Notes: a model not told the origin generated them from the sequence alone. A DNA stretch of 64,000 nucleotides from Bacteroidales bacterium (GCA_017625535.1 JAGAKR010000029.1:229-64228), one strand, 5' to 3'. Shown: positions 48,229-56,995, counted from the first letter of the stretch. Translations and numbers: made by a program.

Positions 48229-51200
48229 CTAACTTCTGGCATCATTGGATGACATATAGGAAGAAGGTGTTGTTCCATACAGTGCTATGAAATGCTTGCG
48301 GAAAGTTGGCACATCATTGTATCCCACAAGTTCCGAAACCTCCTGTATGCCGTATTTCCTTGTCTTCAGCAGTTCTGCCGCCTGTCTAAGACGTACAGTC
48401 CTTACCACCTCTATTATGGTATAACCGGTAATCTGCTTCACCTTCCTGTACAATGTAGGCTGGCTCATAAAGAGCATACTTGCCAGTTCCTTTACGTTGA
48501 AATCCGGATTCTTGATGTTTGCAATCACCAACTCGTTAATTTTTACAATCAGTGGATCTTCCTCCTTTATTGCCTCCTCCTGCTCACCTAAAGAGACACC
48601 CGCAGAAGTAAGCCTGTCTGTGTATATCTGCTTGAGTTCTCTCCTTCCCTTTACAAGCTGCCTTATCTTTGCCCTCAGGATCTCAGGATTGAACGGTTTG
48701 GTGATGTAGTCATCCGCACCCAGGTCAAAACCCTTTATTATGTCATCCTCACTTGTAAGGGCAGTAAGCAGAACAACAGGTATATGACAGGTAGCCGGCT
48801 CCTCCTTAACTATACGGAGAACCTCGTATCCGTCTATCCCGGGCATCATTACATCTGTAAGGATAAGGTTAGGCTTCTCTGTCCTTGCCATTTCAATGCC
48901 TTGTTCTCCATTCTCGGCTAACAGCATATTGTATTGTTTGGAGAACATCACCTTCATATACAGCCTTATATCGGGATTATCCTCTATTACCAGCAATTTT
49001 GCCATACCCTCCTGTACATCCTCCGGTTCATCCTCCGGTTCATCCATATCCAGGTCAAGCGAAGACCCTTCTGAAAGAAGATTGTCAAAAGCATGTTTCA
49101 CTGATTCTTCCTCAATCGGCTCAATTATCTCCACATTGGCCTTGTTGCTCCAATCCTCTTTGCTTAGGAACGGAAGATACAGAGTCACCTCCATACCCTC
49201 AGCAACACTCTCCTTGAAATATACATCCGCTTCATGTATGGTTGCAACGTACTGCAGGAACTGCCATCCAAGCAATTTCTGGTTGATTGCCTCCTCATAA
49301 TCACGGCACAGGCTTAAAGATCTGTCTTTCTGTATCCTTGCTATTCTCTTTGTCTTTATTACAAAGATACAGGCCTTCCTCCCATTCCATTCACCTTCCT
49401 TAAGTTCAAGCCTCATCTCTCCTGTATACTCCAGATACTGCATCACATGCACAAGAAGGCTCCTGAGCAGAAAACTTATCCTTACCAAATCCACCCACAA
49501 AACTTTCTCCACCGAGTTATCCTTGTTGAAATATACTTTCACCCTACTGGTATTGAAAACCTCCTTCAGAGGGAATACGGTAGAGTTAGAAATTTTGCTC
49601 ACCTCATATGGCGCCACCTTGTATATTTCATCTTTTTCCAGCAGGAAGAGGTCCTCAAGCCTTGTACATATCTCCTGCACAATTACACTGTTCAGAAGTG
49701 CAATGTTTGATTTCACCTTTACATCCCCTGCAACGGAAGAATCAGATGATATCTCCCTCAGCGGGGCAATTATAAGGGAGATTGGAGTCCTCAGGTTCTG
49801 TACAATCTCGTGTCTGAGAGTTCCTCTCAGTTTTGCCCTCTCTTCCCTCTCAATGCTCTCATTTATCTTTCCAAGCAGTCTGCTCTCAATGGCTGAGAGT
49901 TTCTTTTTCTTGCGGAACCTCAAGAGCATAAAGATTTGGCCCAATGTCATAAGTGCCAATACACCTCCAACCAATGTCAGGATACCCCAGAAACTGAATA
50001 TCCAGGAACGCTTGATTATAAAATCCATATGTGTTACAGGAGGCTGTGCCCCTGTTATATTTGGATTGCGCATCTCCAGAACATACTTGCCTGGTTTCAG
50101 ATCCCTAAGTTCCACATAATTGCCATATGTAGATCTCCACTCTTTGTCTGCCGGCAGGAGGCGGTATTCAATCTTGCTTGAACTGGCACCGAACCTCAGG
50201 TCACTTATGTATACGTGAAGATTGTTCTCTCTTCTTTTGAACTGGAGAGGTCCGTCAAAATTATATGGTGCATCATCTCCCAGCGTGCGGTAGTTTATCT
50301 CCAGGCCGGAAACTATAAGTTCCCTGTTGCTGACCCAATTCTTAATATTATCAGGCAAAAAATATACAAGCCCATTTGATGTTGCCCACAACAGCTCCCC
50401 GTCCCTCAACTTCTCCACCTGCATATAACTCTCCGGCAATTCATACAGGTATGACTCAAGTGTCTCATTGTTTACCATCACAACCCCGCCTGCAGTTCCC
50501 AGCCATGTACATCCGCTTCCGTCATCGGTAATACAGGCAATATGTCCGCTTGAATAATCCCTCCTTAACATAAGGGTTTCAACAATCTCTTTAGTAGATG
50601 CATCAATATGGATTGTCTTGTCTTCATATGAAGCATACAGCTGGTTGAAATTATTCACATAAAGTGCAAGGACTTTTGTTGCCGCAACATTTGCCTTCTC
50701 CTCAAATCCATTTGTAAGAATTATGGCATCACCGCTCCTCTGTGCCTGACATACCCCTTTCTCTGTACCTATCCACATATTTCCACCTCCATCCTGACAG
50801 ATTGCAGTAATTCTGCCTGTCTCACTGCCTATTGGCATATGGGCCAATACTGCCCCATCACTTGCATCATAAACAAAGAGGCCGTTCTCAGCTGCAATCC
50901 ACAACCTGTTCCTGGAATTCAGACACAATGCATTTATCTTCTCAGGTGCCACCGTTCTGCCATCCTTCAGATATTGTGCGTCAATCTGTTCTTTCCTGTT
51001 GTTTTGAGGATTGAGTCTTGTAATGTTTCCTTTGCTGTCACCAAACCACAAATAATCAAAATTGTCCTGGAACATCACATATTTCCCCTTCTCCATACCT
51101 GCGGCACTCTCAAAATGCATCTTATGAGAAAGAGTGTTTCCTGAACTGCGGAAAACGCCCTGGGTATTTGTACTCAACCATATATAGCCGTCACGGTCCT

Positions 51201-52257
51201 GGGCCATACCATTCACCATCCTCACTTTTGCAGGCACCTCTATACGCTTTACCCTGTCTCCCCTGAACGAAATCTGCATCATTCCCCTTCCGGTAATGCC
51301 AACCCAAAGCACCTCATTACGTTTGTCGTAATACATCTCACTTATGCGGTTCCTGAAAATCGCCGCATATGGAGCCATACCGTCAAAAAGACCCTCAATA
51401 GCATATGAAGAGCCTATAAGGTCCTCTCCACTGAATTCCAGCACAGAGATTGTGTTCCAGGTTGCCAGGATGAAACAGTTGCCGCTTACCTGCTGTATGT
51501 CAATAATGGGATCTGACGTATCCAAAAATTTGGCTCTGTTGTTTTTTATATCGTAGCATACCGGCATCATTTCCGGGCCATACAATATCATATAATTGCC
51601 AAAAAGCCTCAAATTCCTTACTCCCTGCAGATTCTCCAATCCCAAATTATGTGAAGAAATCCTCTCCTTAACCCCAGTCTTGGGGGAATACACCAGGATT
51701 TCATTTCCCGACAAAAGATATAATGAATTTGAATCACTGAAAGCCCTCTCCACAGGTACTCCTACAGGAAGTTCCTCCTGTCCAAGGAGAAAAGAAGAAG
51801 CCTCATCAACCATAGAAATGTGCAGCATTCTGGAATTGCTTATGGCATACAGCTTGCCGTCAACCATGCAGAAATCATACAAAGACTGCATCAGGTCCAG
51901 GCCCAGTCCTTTCAGTTCCAACGTTTTCCCTTCATATATATTGAAACATACAGGAGTGGTATAATTGCTCGACCAGCACCACAATAGCGAATCATTCAAC
52001 TGATGTATATCGGAAATGAGACTTCCTCCCTTATCCCCAAAAGGATAATGACGGAAATTCACTCCATCGCTTCTTGTTAGTCCTATATCTGTACCGAGCC
52101 ACAGAAAACCTTCCCTATCCTGGAAGATGCCGGATACAGTGTTATTGTTCAGCCCCTCCGACTTGTCATACAACTTATATTTGGGACGCTCAAAGAATGT
52201 ATCTGCACAAAGCTCATAGCCCATGAAAAGGGCTATGAGCAGAAATAATTTTTTCAT
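48229..52257 (-). CDS. Hybrid two-component system regulator: periplasmic beta-propeller/YYY sensor, TM helix, HK-like region, receiver, AraC HTH
   Basis: The 1342-aa product has repeated propeller-like segments (FLWLGTDIGL, YIWLSTNTQGVF, RLWIAAENGLFVY, NMWIGTEKGV, ...) and a TM helix (WGILTLVGGVLALMTLGQIF). The His helix is LRHEIVQNLRTP, the receiver is LLVIEDNPD...LILTDVMMPG...KPF, and the C-terminal AraC HTH is ...YNDVPTFRKHF. Confidence 0.9.
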   Translation of the reverse strand: MKKLFLLIALFMGYELCADTFFERPKYKLYDKSEGLNNNTVSGIFQDREGFLWLGTDIGLTRSDGVNFRHYPFGDKGGSLISDIHQLNDSLLWCWSSNYTTPVCFNIYEGKTLELKGLGLDLMQSLYDFCMVDGKLYAISNSRMLHISMVDEASSFLLGQEELPVGVPVERAFSDSNSLYLLSGNEILVYSPKTGVKERISSHNLGLENLQGVRNLRLFGNYMILYGPEMMPVCYDIKNNRAKFLDTSDPIIDIQQVSGNCFILATWNTISVLEFSGEDLIGSSYAIEGLFDGMAPYAAIFRNRISEMYYDKRNEVLWVGITGRGMMQISFRGDRVKRIEVPAKVRMVNGMAQDRDGYIWLSTNTQGVFRSSGNTLSHKMHFESAAGMEKGKYVMFQDNFDYLWFGDSKGNITRLNPQNNRKEQIDAQYLKDGRTVAPEKINALCLNSRNRLWIAAENGLFVYDASDGAVLAHMPIGSETGRITAICQDGGGNMWIGTEKGVCQAQRSGDAIILTNGFEEKANVAATKVLALYVNNFNQLYASYEDKTIHIDASTKEIVETLMLRRDYSSGHIACITDDGSGCTWLGTAGGVVMVNNETLESYLYELPESYMQVEKLRDGELLWATSNGLVYFLPDNIKNWVSNRELIVSGLEINYRTLGDDAPYNFDGPLQFKRRENNLHVYISDLRFGASSSKIEYRLLPADKEWRSTYGNYVELRDLKPGKYVLEMRNPNITGAQPPVTHMDFIIKRSWIFSFWGILTLVGGVLALMTLGQIFMLLRFRKKKKLSAIESRLLGKINESIEREERAKLRGTLRHEIVQNLRTPISLIIAPLREISSDSSVAGDVKVKSNIALLNSVIVQEICTRLEDLFLLEKDEIYKVAPYEVSKISNSTVFPLKEVFNTSRVKVYFNKDNSVEKVLWVDLVRISFLLRSLLVHVMQYLEYTGEMRLELKEGEWNGRKACIFVIKTKRIARIQKDRSLSLCRDYEEAINQKLLGWQFLQYVATIHEADVYFKESVAEGMEVTLYLPFLSKEDWSNKANVEIIEPIEEESVKHAFDNLLSEGSSLDLDMDEPEDEPEDVQEGMAKLLVIEDNPDIRLYMKVMFSKQYNMLLAENGEQGIEMARTEKPNLILTDVMMPGIDGYEVLRIVKEEPATCHIPVVLLTALTSEDDIIKGFDLGADDYITKPFNPEILRAKIRQLVKGRRELKQIYTDRLTSAGVSLGEQEEAIKEEDPLIVKINELVIANIKNPDFNVKELASMLFMSQPTLYRKVKQITGYTIIEVVRTVRLRQAAELLKTRKYGIQEVSELVGYNDVPTFRKHFIALYGTTPSSYMSSNDARS
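49017..49045 (-). repeat. In-frame 12-nt tandem repeat (2.4 copies) in the acidic linker before the receiver domain
   Basis: The plus strand reads catcctccggtt catcctccggtt catcc, which encodes DEPEDEPED on the minus strand. Confidence 0.85.
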
Positions 52258-52278
52258 CAGGTATAATCTTTATTGCTA

Positions 52279-52286
52279 CAAATATA
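52279..52286 (-). promoter_or_regulatory. -7 box TATATTTG upstream of the hybrid two-component gene
   Basis: Plus-strand caaatata lies 22 nt upstream of the ATG at 52257. Confidence 0.5.
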
Positions 52287-52325
52287 AACTTTTTTGCAAA
52301 TGTTTGTTACGCAATAAAGTAAGAT

Positions 52326-52925
52326 TTACAATGAATAGGTATAAGATGATTTCTGTTGTGCCGGATGGTATGTACCCTGAATGGATACAGGTATTCTATA
52401 ATATGCGCACTCCCCGTTTTGGGATACTACATTAAGGAAAATGCTGCTGCTGGAATTGAACTTGAAATCCTCTGAATGCGCCTTGTCTGACTCAAAGCTG
52501 AAACCGCCTACCTGCCAGAAAATTTTGGAGAGGGAACAATTTGCACTATAACCGTCATAGAACAGGGATCCGTCGTCGTAAGAGGTAATGCTCAATTGTA
52601 TTGAGAAAGCGTATTTTCCATCTATTGTCTGTTTCATGTTAAGTTCCCACTTGTGTGCCTCTCCTTCATCGTGGGTATTTGCAGTGAACTCCTCCTTAGC
52701 ATTCTTGTGTGTACGGAGAGAAGACAATATGCTCTCTGCCTCACTCATACTTATTACAGGAAGCGATGATATGTCGGGAAGAACAGAATCAACCTTAAGG
52801 GCATTATATTCTGTCTCAAGTACACTTTTTGTCACCTGTCCGTCTGCAGGGTCAATTAATTCAGCAGAACACGAGGTGAGTGCCATTACTACTGATACAG
52901 CCAAAAAGAGAAGTCTTGTTTTCAT
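52326..52925 (-). CDS. Hypothetical lipoprotein
   Basis: The 199-aa product has the signal and lipobox MKTRLLFLAVSVVMALTSC. I recognise no family. Confidence 0.7.
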   Translation of the reverse strand: MKTRLLFLAVSVVMALTSCSAELIDPADGQVTKSVLETEYNALKVDSVLPDISSLPVISMSEAESILSSLRTHKNAKEEFTANTHDEGEAHKWELNMKQTIDGKYAFSIQLSITSYDDGSLFYDGYSANCSLSKIFWQVGGFSFESDKAHSEDFKFNSSSSIFLNVVSQNGECAYYRIPVSIQGTYHPAQQKSSYTYSL

Positions 52926-52982
52926 TTGTTCAATTTTTTAAAAATTACCCTATTTTGAATGATTTTCCACTCGAACCCGGTG

Positions 52983-52990
52983 CAAAGGTA
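52983..52990 (-). promoter_or_regulatory. -7 box TACCTTTG upstream of the hypothetical lipoprotein gene
   Basis: Plus-strand caaaggta lies 58 nt upstream of the ATG at 52925. Confidence 0.45.
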
Positions 52991-53303
52991 TGTATTTAAT
53001 TCAATGCTCAAAATTTTTTATGAACGTTTTACCCCGCTTTTGAACAAAATACATAATAAAGATGAAAACACCGCTGTTCTATGAATGATATACCCCTCAT
53101 TATCAAGTAGGTAGGTATATTATTCACTTTAGAAAAAGAGGGAGTCTGCGGGGTTGGACACTCCCCTGATCATATAACATCCGAGGGTTTGGAATGGACG
53201 TTTTCAGACGGAAAATTCATCATTTTTTAACAAAAAGGTTATTTGGAAAAATTGCCTACGAATAAAGATAAAATCACCAATAGGAAGCGGAATTGCTATA
53301 AGG

Positions 53304-53311
53304 TATTTTTG
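53304..53311 (+). promoter_or_regulatory. -7 box TATTTTTG upstream of the DUF3575/DUF3868 pair
   Basis: The box matches TAnnTTTG and lies 61 nt upstream of the ATG at 53372. Confidence 0.5.
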
Positions 53312-53371
53312 CAACACATGAAAACCTGAGAACAGAAAGACAAAACATTTAAAAAAAAGGAGTGAAAAATT

Positions 53372-53956
53372 ATGGTATTAAGAAGAATCTTATTGATGGC
53401 AATCGGTTTATTTGCCTCTACATGTCTGTTCGGACAAGTAGCATTGAAAACTAATGTGCCTATGGATGCGCTGCTCATCCCCAACATTGGTCTGGAAGTA
53501 GGCATAAGTCAGAAATGGACACTTGATGTCCCTCTCTATTACAATCCCTGGAGTTATAAGACAACAGAAAACGGTGTGGGAGACAAAATGCTCAAACTGG
53601 GCATGATTTCTCCAGAACTCCGCTACTGGTTGTGTGACAAATTCAACGGACATTTTTTTGGTGTGCACTTGCTGGGAGGTGTATTCAAGACTACCGGCAT
53701 TGACCTGCCGTTTTCTCCACTCAAAGATCTTGGCAAGTACCGTTATAAAGGCAACTTCTACGGCGGCGGTGTAAGTTGGGGTTACCAATGGATTCTTGGC
53801 AAACACTGGAATCTTGGCTTGAACCTGGGTTTGGGCTATGCCCACATAGACTGGGAGAAATATGAGTGTGAAGATTGTGGCGACAAACTGCCGGACGGCA
53901 AAGACAATTACGTTGGCCCTACAAAGGCTGCCCTTAATCTGATTTATGTATTCTAA
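53372..53956 (+). CDS. DUF3575-like small outer-membrane beta-barrel protein
   Basis: The 194-aa product has a signal peptide and the segment ALKTNVPMDALLIPNIGLEVGISQKWTLDVPLYYNPW. It ends with an aromatic residue (..LIYVF). Confidence 0.8.
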   Translation: MVLRRILLMAIGLFASTCLFGQVALKTNVPMDALLIPNIGLEVGISQKWTLDVPLYYNPWSYKTTENGVGDKMLKLGMISPELRYWLCDKFNGHFFGVHLLGGVFKTTGIDLPFSPLKDLGKYRYKGNFYGGGVSWGYQWILGKHWNLGLNLGLGYAHIDWEKYECEDCGDKLPDGKDNYVGPTKAALNLIYVF

Positions 53957-53972
53957 CCAAAAAACTGAAGTT

Positions 53973-55433
53973 ATGAAATTATTGTACAATATAATACTGA
54001 CAGCAGCAATTTGCCTTTCAGGCACTGCTGCCGCACAGACTGCAGAGGGCAAACTTCTTGTTGCCAACCAGTCTATACTTATAGATGACAACAGACAGGT
54101 TGTTGTTTCAATGGATGTAACCGTACCGGCAAATATGGATATATCCACCAATGATGTAATGACCGTTACACCGGTACTGAAAGACAGCAATGGGAACGGG
54201 GAGATTTCACTCCCTTCAATCTGGATTTACGGCAGAAACCGTTCTATAATACACGACCGTTCAAATGATATTCCTGAGGATGCATATACTGTAGTAAGAA
54301 GGGATAAAGGGACCGACCAGACTATAAACTACACCACAAGAATAAATTATGAGAAATGGATGCACAAGGCAGATCTTGAACTGTTGAGCGAAGTGAAAGG
54401 ATGTGCAAACTGCAAGGAGGATGAAAGTTCAATGTATGTGACAAGTGCATATCTGGAAAGATATACAGTAAAGCCGGTTGTAGTTTATGTTGAGCCAAAG
54501 GTGGAGCAGATAAAGAACCGCACTGAGCAAGGAAGGGCATATCTCGACTTCCCTGTAAACAAGACAACAATTTACCCTGATTACCGCCGCAACCCTGAAG
54601 AGCTTCAGGAGATCAAACGCACTATAGATGTGGTTAAAAATGATGCAAATGTACACATTACACAAATTGACATAGACGGCTACGCTTCACCTGAGGGCGG
54701 CTATAAGAACAATGCCAGACTTGCACAGGGAAGGGCTGAAGCGCTTAAAGATTATGTAATGGGACAATATGAGTTTTCTGGAGACATATTTAGGGTAACC
54801 AGCACACCAGAAGACTGGGCTGGCCTGAAGAAATATGTAGAAGAGAACAACATTGAAAACAAAGATGAAATACTTGAAATCATTGCTGGAATAAACGGAA
54901 GCAATGAGGATGCTCAGGAGGCAAAAATCAAGACCCGCTTCCCTCAGACCTATGCACAATTATATAAAGATGTATACCCTGGACTCAGACATTCAGATTA
55001 TGTTGTACACTATGTAGTACGTGCATTTGACATTGAGGAGGCAAAAAGGATAATAAAAGAGCGTCCTCAGCAATTGAGCCTGCAGGAAATGTATCTTGTG
55101 GCACAAACTTACGAAAGGGGAAGTGCGGAATTCAAGGAAGTATTTGATGTGGCAGTGAGAATGTTCCCTGCAGATCCTACAGCAAACATAAATGCCGCTG
55201 CAATTGAACTTGAGCAAGGCAATGTCAACGGCGCTATGCGTTTCTTGGAAAAAGCATCACAGAGTGATGGTGCAACTCTCAACAACTATGGAGTTCTCAA
55301 ACTTCTACAGGGTGATTTGGATGCAGCGGAAGAGTTCTTCAAGAGAGCTCAGGCAGAGGGGATAGAAGAGGCTGCGGCCAACTTGGAGGAAGTTGCAAAG
55401 AAACGTAAAGACTTTGAGGTATTTGGCAAATAA
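53973..55433 (+). CDS. DUF3868-like protein with OmpA-like and TPR-like C-terminal regions
   Basis: The start was chosen at MKLLYNIILTAAICLSGTAAAQ. The N-terminal region resembles DUF3868. An OmpA-like core follows (IDGYASPEGGYKNNARLAQGRAEALKDYV), and the C-terminus is helical with repeats. Confidence 0.75.
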   Translation: MKLLYNIILTAAICLSGTAAAQTAEGKLLVANQSILIDDNRQVVVSMDVTVPANMDISTNDVMTVTPVLKDSNGNGEISLPSIWIYGRNRSIIHDRSNDIPEDAYTVVRRDKGTDQTINYTTRINYEKWMHKADLELLSEVKGCANCKEDESSMYVTSAYLERYTVKPVVVYVEPKVEQIKNRTEQGRAYLDFPVNKTTIYPDYRRNPEELQEIKRTIDVVKNDANVHITQIDIDGYASPEGGYKNNARLAQGRAEALKDYVMGQYEFSGDIFRVTSTPEDWAGLKKYVEENNIENKDEILEIIAGINGSNEDAQEAKIKTRFPQTYAQLYKDVYPGLRHSDYVVHYVVRAFDIEEAKRIIKERPQQLSLQEMYLVAQTYERGSAEFKEVFDVAVRMFPADPTANINAAAIELEQGNVNGAMRFLEKASQSDGATLNNYGVLKLLQGDLDAAEEFFKRAQAEGIEEAAANLEEVAKKRKDFEVFGK

Positions 55434-55457
55434 AATACCATTTTTCACTTCAATCCC

Positions 55458-55492
55458 GGAGGCTGGTCTGTAAAGGCCGGTCTCCTTTTATA
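55458..55492 (+). terminator. Rho-independent terminator after the DUF3868-like gene
   Basis: The RNA stem GGAGGCUGGUC / GGCCGGUCUCC is 11 bp including 3 G-U pairs, with loop UGUAAA. It is followed by UUUUAUAUUAUU. Confidence 0.65.
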
Positions 55493-55541
55493 TTATTGTA
55501 AAGTATTTTGTAAATTAGCAGACGAATCAAAAATTATTGCC

Positions 55542-56774
55542 ATGCAAAAAAGACAAAAGGATTTCTACAGGATAATGTCACACCTTCTCCACTCAGAGAA
55601 CCTCAATTTTGGGATAAATCAGATACTGCAGGAAGCAATGGAAAAACTTGGGGGAGACAGGGCATACATATTTTCATATGACCACGGACAGAAAGTACAG
55701 AATTGTATATATGAGGTGGTTTCAGAGTCAGGATTGGCAGAAATTGAGCAACTTCAGGGTGTCCCTTTTGATGCTACACCGTGGTGGAACAGGGAGATGA
55801 TATCAGACAGGGCCATATACATGCACAAACTGGAAGAACTTCCGCCCGAGGCCAAAAGCGAGTATGAAATCCTTGATGCCCAGAACATAAAATCCATTCT
55901 TGTTGAACCTCTTATCATAAACGGGAAAACTTGGGGTTACGTAGGTATAGATTTCGTAAAGGGCTATGATTTATTGGATAATATTGCAATTGAGTGGTTC
56001 ACATCTGTTGCAGGTATGATGAGCCTGAGTATCCAACTCAGACAGAGTCAGGAATCAGAGAGGGTGGAAAGGGAACAACTCAAAGCGGCAAAAGAGAAGG
56101 CAGAAGAACTCAATATGCTGGTAAGTTCTTTCATAGCCAATGTAAACCACGAGATACGCACACCCCTCAATTCCATAATAAGTTTCTCTGAACTGCTCAT
56201 TGAAACTGAAGATTATCAGGAACGTAAAGAATTCTATTCCATTGTAAAAAGGAATTCCGACTGGCTCACCAAAATTGTTTCGGATCTGCTCAATCTTTCT
56301 AAAATTGAATCCGGCGCAATGGAATACAAGGAATCCCCTACAGACATTAATGCCTTGTGCCAGGATATAGTATTCTTTTCAAAGCTCAAACATAAATCAG
56401 ATGTAGAGATACATTTTGAAAAAACTCTGGATACCTGCATCATAAATACAGATGTACAAAGGGTACAGCAAGTAATCTCAAACCTGATGAACAATGCAAT
56501 GAAATTCACCAAAAGCGGAGAAATCCGCCTGGGATATGAGACTCTTCCAAGCAATCATTTGAGAATATATGTGAAGGACACCGGCATTGGAATTGAGGAA
56601 AAGGACAAGGAAAGAATCTTCAACAGACTGGTAAAACTCAACAACAATATAAGCGGATGGGGACTGGGCCTTCATATATGTAGAGGTATAGTTGAAGAAC
56701 TGGGTGGAAAAATTGGAGTTGAATCTGAGTGTGGAAAAGGTTCCTGTTTCTGGTTCACATTGCCGTTGAAATAA
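55542..56774 (+). CDS. Soluble GAF-domain sensor histidine kinase (no TM segment, no adjacent response regulator)
   Basis: The N-terminal region is GAF-like (DRAYIFSYD...GYVGIDF). The H box is NHEIRTPLNSI, the N box NLMNNAMKFT, G1 DTGIGI and G2 GWGLGL. Confidence 0.9.
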   Translation: MQKRQKDFYRIMSHLLHSENLNFGINQILQEAMEKLGGDRAYIFSYDHGQKVQNCIYEVVSESGLAEIEQLQGVPFDATPWWNREMISDRAIYMHKLEELPPEAKSEYEILDAQNIKSILVEPLIINGKTWGYVGIDFVKGYDLLDNIAIEWFTSVAGMMSLSIQLRQSQESERVEREQLKAAKEKAEELNMLVSSFIANVNHEIRTPLNSIISFSELLIETEDYQERKEFYSIVKRNSDWLTKIVSDLLNLSKIESGAMEYKESPTDINALCQDIVFFSKLKHKSDVEIHFEKTLDTCIINTDVQRVQQVISNLMNNAMKFTKSGEIRLGYETLPSNHLRIYVKDTGIGIEEKDKERIFNRLVKLNNNISGWGLGLHICRGIVEELGGKIGVESECGKGSCFWFTLPLK

Positions 56775-56801
56775 AAATCGGGAATATGTTGCATAGATTG
56801 T

Positions 56802-56864
56802 GGGGCGAATCTTTCAAATTGGATGAAATATCATTCATCCCGCCCCGCAGAACAATTCTGTTTT
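56802..56864 (+). terminator. Compound stem-loop plus short terminator-like hairpin after the kinase gene
   Basis: The outer stem is ggggcg / cgcccc (56802..56807 with 56841..56846) and the inner stem is ggatgaa / ttcatcc. A cagaa-caa-ttctg hairpin followed by tttt comes next (56848..56864). Confidence 0.45.
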
Positions 56865-56995
56865 AATCTTTTTTAGGGCATAGCAAAACAACTATGTCAT
56901 TTGACAAAAATGCCAACGGACAAATAATTGGTATTGGGTTTTCTTTGCACATAGAAAAAAGCAAATGAAAAAATAACCCTTAAAAAATTCACACC

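Noticed and set aside
53408-54190. A 260-aa ORF antisense to the DUF3575 and DUF3868 genes
   Set aside because: It crosses the boundary of two well-supported sense genes and has no promoter box or plausible start context. Its composition is Cys, Thr and Val-rich with no motifs, which is typical of a frame artefact.
55493-55541. A possible promoter for the GAF kinase (agtattttgt)
   Set aside because: It is one base short of the TAnnTTTG spacing (TAtTTTG), so it is not reported as a feature. The kinase promoter remains unidentified.
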